Positions 52,540-64,000 of a stretch of 64,000 nt of DNA are shown in pieces. Where the stretch lies: assembly GCF_036321535.1 (NCBI RefSeq), contig NC_087436.1:59460001-59524000 (forward strand). Direction: 5' to 3'. Both the position numbers and the translations under genes were made by a program. Under the pieces are notes generated by a model. The model ran no database searches. It was not told where the DNA came from and saw only the letters and a program-made list of their open reading frames with translations. The first letter of the stretch is position 1, and each line of letters opens with the position of its first letter. The DNA is from Camelus dromedarius (taxonomy: Eukaryota).

Positions 52540-53017
52540 CAATCTGTCTAACTGTAACTCCTGACCCTATCTTTTTCTAAACCCATCCATACCACTCCAT
52601 CACAGAATCTGGTGTTCTTGATAGTCTTGTTCCACATTAAGCATCCTTCTAACATTGAGTTTTGGACTAAGTGCTCATCGCACTGGAATTCTCTTCACCT
52701 AGATAGTGGCATGATTAAATTCCACAACTTCTCAAGCCTTTGCTCACATTTTACCTTCTCAGTGAGGTATGCTTTATCACCCTATTTCATCTTATAGTCT
52801 ACTGCCTACTTTACCTCTAGGGACACTTAAAATCTTTTAACATACTGTATACATTTATTATTATTGTATATCATCTATCTTTCCACATTAGTATTTGAGC
52901 ACCGTTAAGACAGGGATTGGATCTTTGTTAAGTTTTCTAAATTATCCCAACTATCTAGACAGCACCTGGAGCATGGTAAGTGCTAAATAAGTACTTAAAT
53001 GTTTGTTGAATAAATGG
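52540..53017 (+). mobile_element. L2 3' remnant
   Basis: CACTGGAATTCTCTTCACCTAGAT...CCTTCTCAGTGAGG...CTAGACAGCACCTGGAGCATGGTAAGTGCTAAATAA...TGTTGAATAAATG is a canonical L2 3' end. Confidence 0.75.
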
Positions 53018-53433
53018 AAATTTACTTTTCTAGTTATCCATATATCTTAAGTTTTACCCAATCTGTACTATTTTAATTTCTGTTTGTAAATAGTACAAAT
53101 TGTGTTGGCTTTAGTGATCTAGCAGATAAAACAAGTCAATTTATTTGTATTAAAGTTAAATCAGCAAATATCTAAAATTTCATTTAAGATTTGCAGCATC
53201 CTCTTATCACACTGTATCCTTTGACAGTACTAAAAGTGTGCTGTTATGTCTTCTATTAAAGATCAAAGCAATGATCAGGAGCAAAGACTTCATAACAATT
53301 TTAGAAAAAAATGTTGACTTCAGAATATCCTTCAGACACAGTTCTCAACTGGACAGTGTTCCCTTTTTACCAAGATGACAATAATTATTTCAAGATGAAA
53401 ACTAAACATATGCAAATTTATAAATATAAACTG

Positions 53434-54373
53434 TCAATCCAAAAATGGGCAGAAAATCTAAACAAGCAATTCTCCAATGAAGACACATGGATAGACAATA
53501 GGCACATGAAAAAATGCTCAATATCACTAATTCTCAGAGAAATCCAAATGAAAATTACAATGAGGTATCACCTCACACCAGTCAGAATGACCATCATTCA
53601 GAAGTCCACAAATGATAAATGCTGGAGAGGGTGTGGAGAAAAGGAATCCTCCTACACTGTTGGTGGCAATACACTAGTGCAGCCATTGTGGAAAACAGTT
53701 TGGAGATTCCTCAGAAGACTAAAAATAGACTTACCACATGATCCAGCAATCCCACTCCTGGGTATATGTCCAGAGGGAACCCTAATTCAAAAATACACCT
53801 GCACCCCAATGTTTATAGCAGCACTATTTACAACAGCCAAGATATGGAAACAACCTAAATGTCCAATGACAGATGACTGGATAAAGAAGTTGTGGTACAT
53901 CTATACAATGGAATACTACTCAGCCATAAAAAATAAAACAATGCCATTTGCAGTAACATGGATGGACCTGGAGAATGGCATTCTAAGTGAAGTAAGCCAG
54001 AAAGAGAAAGAAAAATACCATATGATATCACTCATATGTGGAATCTAAAACAAAAAAGACAAATGAACTCATTTATAAAACAGAAACAGACTCAGACATA
54101 GGAAACAAACTTATGGTTACCAGGGGGAAAGAGGGTGGGAAAGGATAAACTGGGAGTTCGAGATTTGCAGACACTGATTGGTATATGTAAAACAGATAAA
54201 CAAGTTTATACTGGTATGTGTAAAATAGATAAACAAGGGAACTATATTCGATATCTTGTAGTAGCTTACAGTGAAAAAGAATATGAAAACAAACATATGT
54301 ATATCCATGTGTGACTAAAGCTTTGTGCTGTATGCAAAAAACTGACATAACATTGTAAACTGACTACAATAAA
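53434..54373 (+). mobile_element. 5'-truncated LINE-1 (copy C, older subfamily, about 940 bp)
   Basis: ORF 53311-54048 encodes the ORF2 C-terminus (IQKWAENLN...HMKKCS...MEYYSAIK...SLICGI), followed by a 3'UTR and AATAAA. TSD AAATATAAACTG (53422-53433) / AAATATAAATTG (54374-54385). Confidence 0.93.
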
Positions 54374-55214
54374 AAATATAAATTGAATTCAACTAAAATA
54401 AACATCATGGATTACAGGAATCTATCATAATACCTAGAGTAATTACTTAGTTTTATCATAATATTTTAAAAATTATTCAGTTCAGAAAGACTGAATCTAT
54501 ATTGTGAATTGAGAACAATTCCAGTTTATAAAATGGTAAAGTTACATATGATTATATACAATGAATTCTAAATGATATTAAGTGGGTTTCTGATGCTGCC
54601 ACTCAGTGTCAATTAGTTCTCAAGTAGGATCTCTTAATGAAAATCCAAGAGAAGCTAGAAAATGCTTCTATCTAACTTTTACTTCTATTTACTTGACTGG
54701 TCCATATTCTATTCACGTTCTTTCCTCTGTCACAAATACTGCCCCACTCACTGTAGTCTGCAATAAGATATATTTTCATTTATCAGAGTCGCTATTATTT
54801 GTAGAAATCTCAACATCTCAATTCTTCTAAGTCCCATTTAAGTAATGAGTCTTTATGAATATATGCCTAAAAAGACTCTGCAAAACGCTGTTACTTATGA
54901 CCCTGAATGGGTGTCTCACTCTACCTGTTAGGTGCCCCTCGTGATGCTGCCCTTTTTCAGCTGGGTCTGCAGGTTCTCTGATCAACAGCCTCTGCATACT
55001 CTGTGTCCCCTGCTTCACATAAGTGATAGTAAGGATTTATATGCTTCTTGCTTCTGAAATAAGTTTACTCTTTGGAAAGAGTAAAAAAGTAAAAAAGAAA
55101 CCACCATTGTACAAAAACACAGATTCTATTATATTCAATGTTTATTATTATTAAACATCCTTGAGGGTTGCTGCAGCTCAAAGGCTTTAATTATTTGTGC
55201 ATTTCACAGCGACC

Positions 55215-55330
55215 ATGTGGGTTACACATGCAGAAGCATCAACCATGTGCCAGACTCTCCCCTAGGTGCTGCAGGAACAAGCATGAATAAGACAGACAAT
55301 TCTTATCCTCATGGAACTTATAATCTAGTG
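55215..55330 (-). mobile_element. L2 3' remnant
   Basis: CCATGTGCCAGACTCTCCCTAGGTGCTGCAGGAACAAGCATGAATAAGACAGAC...CTCATGGAACTTATAATCTAGTG. Confidence 0.75.
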
Positions 55331-58311
55331 ATTACAATTTTTATATTAAGATATTTATATATGAGTGTGTGCCCATATACATATCACTTTGTTATTTTTA
55401 CTAAAAAAAAAAATAGTGCATTAGGTTCCTGTTTCCGTTTATATGACAAGATTATTTATGTAATTTTTTCCTCCAATATCAGATTTTGGATGCAAAGAGC
55501 AATGACAGGGTTGAACTGATTTGTACTAGAATAAGATTTGCATGGAGATATTTTTAACTACTTCCTTTGATTTTTGTCACTGAATTTTTACTTTGGCATA
55601 TATCTAGGCACTTAAAAAAGAGTCAAGTGAGCAATTAGGAGTTAATTAGTAATAGGATATCCATGTGCATTTATAATTTGTCTTTCAAATGCAACAGAAT
55701 GTGTGGAGTGTTTCTTTAATTACTTGCCTTTCAAATCTGTATTAGTAATTTGAGTATTGCGGCTTACATACATTTCAAGTGGAATAGGTTTCTTTTAATA
55801 TTTGTTTGTTTTAGCTAAGCAAACTAATGTTCCAGAAACACCTTAAGACTCCTAACTCCCAAGGTTTATAGGTACTGGGACATCTGTGTGCATGTTTTGA
55901 TCATATAGGGAAAATAATTTTTTCACCTATTAAAATAATTTGAAACCAAATAATTCCTCACCTTTTTTATTCTCTAGTAGTCATATAAAGACTACTTCTT
56001 TACCATTGATACAAGTCATAAAAAGCTTTCTTTAACTCAGTCTTTTAGGAGAGTTTGAGATTTCAGTTACAATGATGTTTATACGTTATAATTCTAAAGT
56101 CATCATCCTTTTAATGAATAGTTTTTCTCATTTTTCATTGCCTTTCACTCTCTTTAGCTGTGTCATTTCTTATAAGGAAACTTCTAGAAGAAATAGCACA
56201 TCTCCTCTCCCCCCAGAGATGGTGCTAACACACTTGTTTACCCACCCTTATGCAAGAAGAGACCTGGGTAACTTTAGGCATTTTAGGTAGTGAAGTTTGA
56301 GGGATTTTTGAATACCCTGATTTGGGAGATTGAAAGGACCATCATTTTTGTAATGAAAACCATTACTCCAAATAGTTAAAAGAATCTACCCCAAAATACC
56401 TAATTAAATACTATGGATACAGGTTTTCCACTTTAAGTGTCACCTTTCCACAAGAAGTACCTAAAGCACATATTTGACACATTTTTCAAAGACAGCTCTT
56501 TATCTTTCCCAAAGCTTTCTTCAAATCTTTATTGCTAACTGGCCTTGCAGGTGACATTTAGAGTTGCTATTTATAAGAACTAACAAAAATGCTCAATGCT
56601 TTTGGGAGCTTCTCACCATTAATCTAAACTTTTCCTCCAAAAATACTTCAAACTCATGGAGATCTTCAATTGCTTAAGACTACCACTTTCTCATTCAGTT
56701 TCCCTCTAATTTCCTTCCTTTCAGCTTAGAGTCCAAGGCCCATAATTATCATCTGGCTGATACAAAAACCTTTCAACTTTTTGTGTTCTTTCTCCCTCTG
56801 TTATACTTTCCACCAAAACATAAACCCTTGGTATCCTCTACATAAGGTATAACTGCACCTAATAAATACGTGTTACTAAAGAAAAACAGTGTTGTATTTA
56901 AATTTATGATCACCAATTTGAAATCTGCTCTCAACATTTTCTCAAAATCTGAATCTTTACTTAAGATTTTACACCAGCTGTTCCCTTCTTGCAATGCTCT
57001 CTCCCCCAACAATCTTCATAGTGTTAGAGGGTTATCTTCTTGCCATTATAAAATAAATATTTACATATTCCTTTTTATAAATATGGTATTAAAATATAGA
57101 CATAAATATTTGCAATTTGAATTCATGCAGAAGAAAAATTAGTTGAATACATTGGTTCTTTCCTTTCTCTCACTGACCTTGGAAAATTACTTAGACCTCA
57201 GATGACATCTCTCTTTCAGGAAAATTAGAAAATTGGACTTGATAGCCTTGAATATCTCTTTTAGCTCTAAAACACTGAAATTTTCTTTTCTTTTAGAAAG
57301 TTAAACTTTAAACCTCTCAATTTTAATTTTTGAGCTTTGTTATCTAATCAATTTCAACTCAAGAATTTTATCAATACTTGCTTCTGCCTACACCAAACCA
57401 GTGTCTCAGTGTGTATCTTCCTTAACTATTCTAAGAGCTCTCCAAAATACTAAACAAGTAACCAGTGCCAGTAAGACTGCATTACTTAAACTTTGCTGTA
57501 GAGACTTTATGTTGTTAATAATTATTACCTTGTAAATTGGTATTGCTTCCAGCATAACCAAAGTTTTCACTTTTAAATATAGTATTCATAATGTACAACT
57601 TTATATTGTCTGAGCAACCCTACAGAAGACTCAATATTAAACAAATAAACCAAATTGTGTCAAAATTCACTGCTGGAGATCTTACTTTATTAAATGCGTT
57701 TATTTCTGTCATTATTAATTTCTGGGAACAGCAAGACAGAACAGAAAAATAAATGTGTAGTCTGAGACTGCAAGTCAGAAAATGCACCATGCCTTAAATT
57801 TTCATCTGAAAGATCAATGTTCTGTAGTGTAATTTAATGTCCTCTCAAACCCAAAGACCTACCTGAAAATAAAACAACAATTTCCATTTCCCTAAAGTAT
57901 CTACTCTAATTTAACTGCATTTGCATCAGGCATTTCTGGAAATTGAATCCCTCTTGGAAATCTATGAGCATTAAGAAAAGAATGTTATAACTATTTAGGG
58001 TATATTTTTATCCTCCCAATCTGATAATATAACATCTTTCAAAAGTCAGGTGATTCTTTAAATACATAATTTGCAATCATCAGATTTCCATTCAAACTAG
58101 TCCAGTGATTTGTTATAGTAAGAAAAAGCTAATGGAATAAGTTCTATGGCTACATTTGGCAAGAGTGAGCCAGGATGTACCAGCTGGAAAGATGTATTTT
58201 GAAATTAAACACTGTGTATTTACTCTGATGATATTGTTCTCCAATTTATTCAACTTGAAAGTGTAGCCAGGGAAACATTAGGTAGTGTTCCTCACAAAAT
58301 AGCAATCTTAC

Positions 58312-58422
58312 CATGGGAAAGTCCGAGGTTATTTGTCTGGCAGAATGGTCAGAAATGTTATTCTTTAGTCTTAAAGATTTCAAACCACTTTGTAGTTTTT
58401 TTCCAGCCAAGAGTGTGCAAAC
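58312..58422 (-). other. Candidate 111-nt exon
   Basis: gttttcagtctcttacag|GTTTGC...TTTCCCATG|gtaaga. Open only in phase 0 (VCTLLAGKKLQSGLKSLRLKNNISDHSARQITSDFPM). Peptide not recognised. Confidence 0.3.
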
Positions 58423-58609
58423 CTGTAAGAGACTGAAAACACCTAGGACCTCTCTCCCTACCCACCCTGCCCCACCATCATCAAGGGCGCAGTTTACCTA
58501 AAAGAGGAAGGGAGAGACAGTCTTCATGCAACAACGTTTGTGTTCGCCTGTGCTGTCCTGCTGATAGTCATTTCACCAACCCACTGACCCCCCGCTTTTA
58601 TTTTCTGGC

Positions 58610-58900
58610 TTATCCATTCCCTCAGCAAATACTGTTTTGAGTGCTTACTCTGTGTTGGTCTGATTCTATGTGCTGAGCTTAGATAGACAAGGTGTATGTC
58701 TTATGGTGCTTACATTAAAATATTTCACAGATAAGTAATTTTACAGAAAGATTTACAGAATGTTATTGAAAGTAGCTTGAGAAGTCATTTAGCCCATTTT
58801 CCTTAGTTCATTTGTGCGGACATTGAGGCCTGGGAATAGGCAATATGACTTCTCAAAATTACACAGTTAGGGAAGGGCCACAGTACATGTGATGCCAGGA
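58610..58900 (-). mobile_element. Adjacent L2 3' end and MIR/MIR3 remnants
   Basis: TTGAGTGCTTACTCTGTGTTGG (L2 end); CATTGAGGCCTGGGAATAGGCAATATGACTTCTCAAAATTACACAGTTAG (MIR core). Confidence 0.55.
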
Positions 58901-59923
58901 TTTGTTCTACTTCTCCACATAACCCTAAGGATAATTACGTATTCACTCCTGCTTTTTGAAATGTTCCTTTCCTCTTACTCTCTCACTATGCTCTAGTTAT
59001 TCTGTGACTGTGTTGTGGATGACCTGGTTGAGAGAGTTACACTTTTCAGTTTGCCCTTTTCCGAGTCACCTTCACTTCCAGGTTCTTTAATTGTTCTCTG
59101 ACACCATAGGAACAATCTTGGCTGCAAAGGAGGCCAGGTGAATCCCCAAGGTTTGCTGCACACTGCTTCATTTCTCTTCTGTCGCTGACTGTGAGACCAT
59201 TTGGCAACAGTTAACTCAGAGCCTTAAGATAATTAGTTCCTCTTTTGAATGGCATGGTTTTAAGGAGGAAAGTAGGCAACATTTGTTTCAAAACCCAAAT
59301 CTATCATTTGTAGAATCTGACCCATTTTGGTGGCTCTTCGATAATTTCTGAAAATAGTTTACGTGAATAATGTCCTCAATAAAGTGATCTCCTTACATCT
59401 TATTTCTGAATTATTTCTAATACCATGCCAAGCACAGCTTGCCCCAATTGAAGAGAAATCAACAAACAAAAAAACTTGATGGAAAAACATAAAATACTAC
59501 AAAATAGAAATAAAATGAGAAGATAGTTTTAATTAAAGTGGATGAGTAATGTTTAATAATTACACACTTTATATAATTTCATTTTTATAGATCTAAGGGT
59601 ACTTAGCACCTAGCATTTAGAATAAATTACTACATATTGAGTCCTAACACACCAACTCATATTAATGTAAGAAGCCATATTCAAATATGAGTTATAAAAA
59701 GATGAATACAAAATTTTCAGTAGGATTAGACAAAAAATTATTTACAAATTTTACACAGATTTGTGTGTCAGATAATAATCTAAGTGATCTTTAGGAGTGT
59801 AGTACAATTCCTCAAGGAATTTGCTTAAATAGCAGAACAATCAGATCAGCTCTTGATAATTTTTTTATTGTTCTTTTTTAAGTCAAAAATCAGATCAATA
59901 TAGACATTAAAAAATGAACAAGT

Positions 59924-60018
59924 TGTGATATTGTGATTCATAATAAGAAATAAATATTTTAGTCTTCATCCACAGTTTCTGGCACACAGCTTTGAAAATC
60001 TTTCTAATTTCCTAAGTG
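59924..60018 (+). mobile_element. MER21-like LTR 5' fragment
   Basis: TGTGATATTGTGATTCATAATAAGAAATAAATATTTTAGTCTTCATCCACAGTTTCTGGCACACAGC, visibly homologous to the 5' end of the LTR at 3766. Confidence 0.7.
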
Positions 60019-60850
60019 TTAAACATGAATACAAATGTTATTGCATTTTTTTCCAAGGCAGTGGGAAATAATTTGCTGCTTAATAGCCAATGGGATGGGT
60101 CTACTTTATTGATAGAAAAATGGAGAAACCGATCCCTTTGGAACAGAACTCAAAACCGTTGCAACCTTGGCTTAATCCATACTTCTGAACTAATTTATAA
60201 TTAATATTATAATTAATGTTAATAATATTAGAATAACATTATTATGTTAATCATATAATAACGTATGGTACTGTGTCACACTTTGGTACAGCAAAGAACT
60301 CATATCTTGTATAAATGTCCCCAGCATCTTGTATATTCACAGCTTTCTGTGTTTGTTCCCTATAATAAAAATGACATCTTACTATATTTTGCCATAGACA
60401 TCTTTTAGGATGATGGCGCTCAAATGTCACTACCTCCTGGAGCTTTCTTACATTTTTTTTAAAGGGAATTTGTATTCCCTTTTCTTACACCTCCTTAATC
60501 CTTTGAACATCTATTAAAGCATGTACCATGGTCTACTCTACATGTTAACTATCCGCATGTATCCCTCTCAACCACCAAAGGCCTTAGGTACAAAAGCACT
60601 GTACGTGGCAAACAGATCATGATAAATGCATGTCCCTGAGTTATATTTAATCATCTTGATTTGTACTGTCTTACAAAGTAGGTGAAACTGTGCAAAAAAT
60701 TTTGAAAACCTGGACTTTGACTATTAGGATTCTTCTACTGATAACAGAAGACAACTGCCATTACTTGGTGTTTTTCTCATGTTATAAGTACATATTCTGA
60801 TTAAAAATCCTGCTGTGTTCTTCTATTCTGCAGGTGTTGGCATTATAAAT

Positions 60851-60955
60851 TGTAGGAGAGAGTTAACATAGCAGGTCTAATACTAGTCTTTAGAAGAACC
60901 TACTTTCAGGGCTGGTGTTAAGGAACTTGGTTTTTGAACTTGGCTACGCTGTTAA

Positions 60956-60986
<31 letters not shown>

Positions 60987-61409
60987 GCTGGGGTTCTAAT
61001 TTCACTCTATCCACCTGATCTGTGGTGAACTTCAGCTTTCCTTCTGGGAATCTGGAATTTCTATCCTCATGGCTGATCACACAGATAGAGAGTGCCCGCA
61101 TGATCAGTTCCCACTGAAAACCTTGGATTGAGTCCACAGCAAACTTTCCTGGGCAGAAACTGCAGATGTGTTCCTACATTTAACAGCTAGAGGAAAGACC
61201 ACATTCTACGTGGCACCCTTTGAGAGGGAGGACTTTCCAAATGCTGTGCATGGATTCCTCCTGACTCTGCCCATTGTCTTTTCCCTTAATAACCCTACTG
61301 TGTATCCTTCCACTGTAATATTAACCACAGCCCTGAGTACAACTGTGTCTCAAGTCTGAGTCCTGGTCCTTCTGCCAAACATGGAGATGTTCTTGGGACT
61401 CATGTAACA
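60851..61409 (+). mobile_element. Solo LTR, ERVL (MER68-like), containing a long poly(T)
   Basis: Starts TGTAGGAGAGAGTTAACATAGCAGGTCT, has GGGAATCTGGAATTT and GCATGGATTCCTCCTGACTCTGCC, and ends GTTCTTGGGACTCATGTAACA. T run at 60961-60986. Confidence 0.75.
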
Positions 61410-61754
61410 GGAAGGAACTACTTAGATATTGTCTTGTTACTTCTCTTGGCAAACTCCTTCCAGGCACTGGGATGTTCTCATTACAAAAGATAAATAACCA
61501 AATGTGACACAGAAAAATTAATCATCCCCTGTATCTCCTAATACTTCATCCTTCTATCAGCAATTCCTATTTGCTCACAACAGCAGCATAGTATAAATAT
61601 GGCTTTGCCTAGTTAAAAGATGGGAGAGTGAAAGAAAAATAAGTAAAGTGTATTTTTAAAAGATTGAGTTGTGTTTTGAAAGATAATGGGGAGATAATGC
61701 AGAAGAAAGAAAACATCACTGGGTTTTTACAATCAAGTTATCATCCAGCCTTTT

Positions 61755-61895
61755 CCCAGATGTGAGACCCTAGGGAAATCATTTAACCTTATCAAGAACT
61801 AATTCTGAATAGGTAAAATGGGATAATAACACTTCCCTGCCACTGCTATAAGGATGCTGAGAAGATTAAATAAGTTAAGTTATGTACAATACAGC
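61755..61895 (+). mobile_element. MIR remnant
   Basis: GTGAGACCCTAGGGAAATCATTTAACCT...GTAAAATGGGATAATAACAC...GAGAAGATTAAATAAGTTAA. Confidence 0.7.
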
Positions 61896-62269
61896 TGAAC
61901 ATTTTTACATTTAGTTAGGATTTCTTCCTTTCCCATTCTAGGTTTTAGGTTTAAATCTAGGAAAAGTATCAGGAAGTTGTAGTTCATTCGATTCTGATCT
62001 TTCCACGCACAGTTAAAACCATGCAGGCCTCTATTTCTACTCTGGGGAAAACAAGAAAGAATCAGAGAAATGAAAAAAAAAAAAAGTCAAGGGAAATAGC
62101 AGATGCTAAAGGGTAAGACGATAAATTCTAGAGAACTATTTTTCTTAAACGCACCAGCAAGCCTCTAGAAAGCACCTAATTGAAGTAAAATAGTTTGATC
62201 ATTACCATATAAGGACCTCTTTATTTTCATCTCCAAATATATGTGTTAGAGAAGAATAATAGTAGTAAT

Positions 62270-62470
62270 AACCTTTAGTGAGTATTTATTGTGAGGCAGG
62301 AATTAAGCTAAGTACATCACATCCCTTACCTCACTGAATCCTGTGTTCTACCTGGGAGATTTAGTATTACTCTCCCAGGTTTGCAGATGAATCTATTGAG
62401 ACTGAGATGTTGCAATGTGTCCACACAACTAGTGAGAATCCCACAGAGTAGCGTAGAAGTGTGCTGTAAC
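62270..62470 (-). mobile_element. MIR remnant
   Basis: CTGGGAGATTTAGTATTACTCTCCCAGGTTTGCAGATGAATCTATTGAGACTGAGA...GTCCACACAACTAGTGAG. Confidence 0.6.
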
Positions 62471-63614
62471 ACAAGTCCTCTTGAAAAGTGCTTTTGCATT
62501 TTCCTAATCCCCTGTTTTGGTTTGGTACAGAAGACTTTGTCATTTTCTGTTTTATCTGAATTGCAACAATTCATGTCATAGCCAGATATTAGTTTTTCAT
62601 TTCAAAAATAAAATATTTTTCATAATACAGATGTGAATAGTATTTGATATCTCAGTATAGTCTAGGGGAATCCTAAACTGGGCCTAATGAAATCATTGGT
62701 TATTCCTGGGATCTTGCTTCTCAAGTTTCCCTGGCCAATTGACATAAGCCAGTATGTTTCCAAAAACAAAAACAAGGTCCAACATGAGAGATAATATTGT
62801 AGAAAATCCTATAAGAAATTACATTTGTGGATTTTCTTCTTCTCTTCTTCAGTGAGGGAAATGACAAAACTTAAAGTTATTGAAGACAGATGTCTCTGAA
62901 TAATGAATCCCATTTGCTCTTGTAGGAAAAAACTTGAAGCAAACAGCTGTATATGGATTCTTTCTTTTGAGGACTAAATGATAATAATAATCTGCTCAGC
63001 TCTCAAATATGGGTCAGCTCATGAGAAGGGGGCAAAGTTCTTTGATGTGGTAGACTGATGTGTGGTCCAGAGAGAGCTGTGTAGGCATTGAAGTAGGTTA
63101 GCGCCAAGAGCTGCAATATTAGGAAACAAAGTCTGAGAAACCTTTGTCCAGGATGAACCCTGAAGTTGGGTATCACCATCTTGGAGGGACAAAGTGAGTC
63201 TGCACAATAAGCTACATTAGCAAGGCAACATCACTGATCTGAGGCTATGAACTCTGAAAGAGCATGGGAAGGCTAAGCTTAACTCCGAGTTATTGAACTT
63301 CTGCTAACCGCAGTTCATTTGAGAAAGAAACGTGAGACCATTTTTGCAAGCTGGTTTTGTTATTGAGTAAATATGGCGTATTTATACCTGTTATATTGAC
63401 AGTAAATGACTAGAGAGACAGAGAAAGAAAGGATGAGGTGGAGAGAAAGAGAACAGAAATGTACTAAGACCCTGCATGACAAGGATAATAGCTTAAATAT
63501 TTCCAACAGTAAATTTTGCCCCAGGAAGAGTTGATGGCCTTCAGTCCCCCGCTCTACCTAAGTAAAATACTAATTGCCATACAAAAGTAATTACAAGAGC
63601 TTTCCTCACTTTTC

Positions 63615-63745
63615 ACTAACTTAATAAGCAAATGTTTATCAAATATCTACTGGGTTCAAGGGACTCGGCCATGGTGAGCTACAATGAGAAATGACAGAGA
63701 CGCAAACCCTACCCTGAGACGCTTGTGTTCTACTGCAGATAAGAG
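63615..63745 (-). mobile_element. L2 3' remnant
   Basis: AAGCAAATGTTTATCAAATATCTACTGGGTTCAAGG...AAATGACAGAGACGCAAACCCTACCCTGAGACGCTT. Confidence 0.6.
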
Positions 63746-64000
63746 AAATTAGACAGTTAACTGCACACACAAATACTTGTTTATTTACTATTCTAATTAT
63801 AAATCATTGTTATGAAGGAGAAGTAACAGAAGAGAGAATGACACACCTTTGTCAACATGAATTAGATCAGAAGTGAGCATGAGACTAAATTCGGACAATA
63901 GGGTGAAATGAAGCTTGCTACAGCTACTTAGAAATTTGAATTTAATCTTAAAATAGCAACAGTCTCTCTCCTTGCTGGACATCTCCTCAGAGAAATCTGA

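Noticed and set aside
5352..53417. Repeated octamer ATGCAAAT occurrences
   Set aside because: Scattered and compatible with AT-rich background.
60190..60262. Quasi-palindromic AT-only stretch
   Set aside because: Low-complexity sequence; the self-complementarity follows from composition.
62350..62380. 10-bp hairpin ACCTGGGAGA...TCTCCCAGGT
   Set aside because: Short stem inside a MIR remnant, too short for a pre-miRNA, and terminators are not relevant in mammalian DNA.

Overview
AT-rich, CpG-poor mammalian genomic DNA with no CpG island, no long non-repeat ORF, and no rRNA, tRNA gene or CRISPR array. A tRNA-derived SINE resembling camelid vic-1 and the L1 3'UTR type suggest a camelid genome (inference from memory of repeat families). 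The window is mostly transposable-element debris. It holds four lineage-specific 5'-truncated L1 copies with target-site duplications (TSDs), older L1M pieces, ERV/MaLR solo LTRs, and many MIR, L2 and DNA-transposon remnants. Every long protein-like ORF in the track is L1 ORF2 or its antisense. The clearest oddity is an inverted pair of separately inserted L1s about 6.2 kb apart, almost identical over about 660 bp including the same nonsense codon. This points to gene conversion, a shared source element or an assembly artefact. I also see an ancient L1MC with a twin-priming-type 5' inversion. A speculative set of minus-strand small exons (111, 45, 49 nt, a terminal exon and a 9-nt microexon) may belong to an unidentified host gene. 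I cannot name a gene and cannot firmly support a novel biological system. Boundaries of old repeats are approximate and family names need RepeatMasker/Dfam confirmation.
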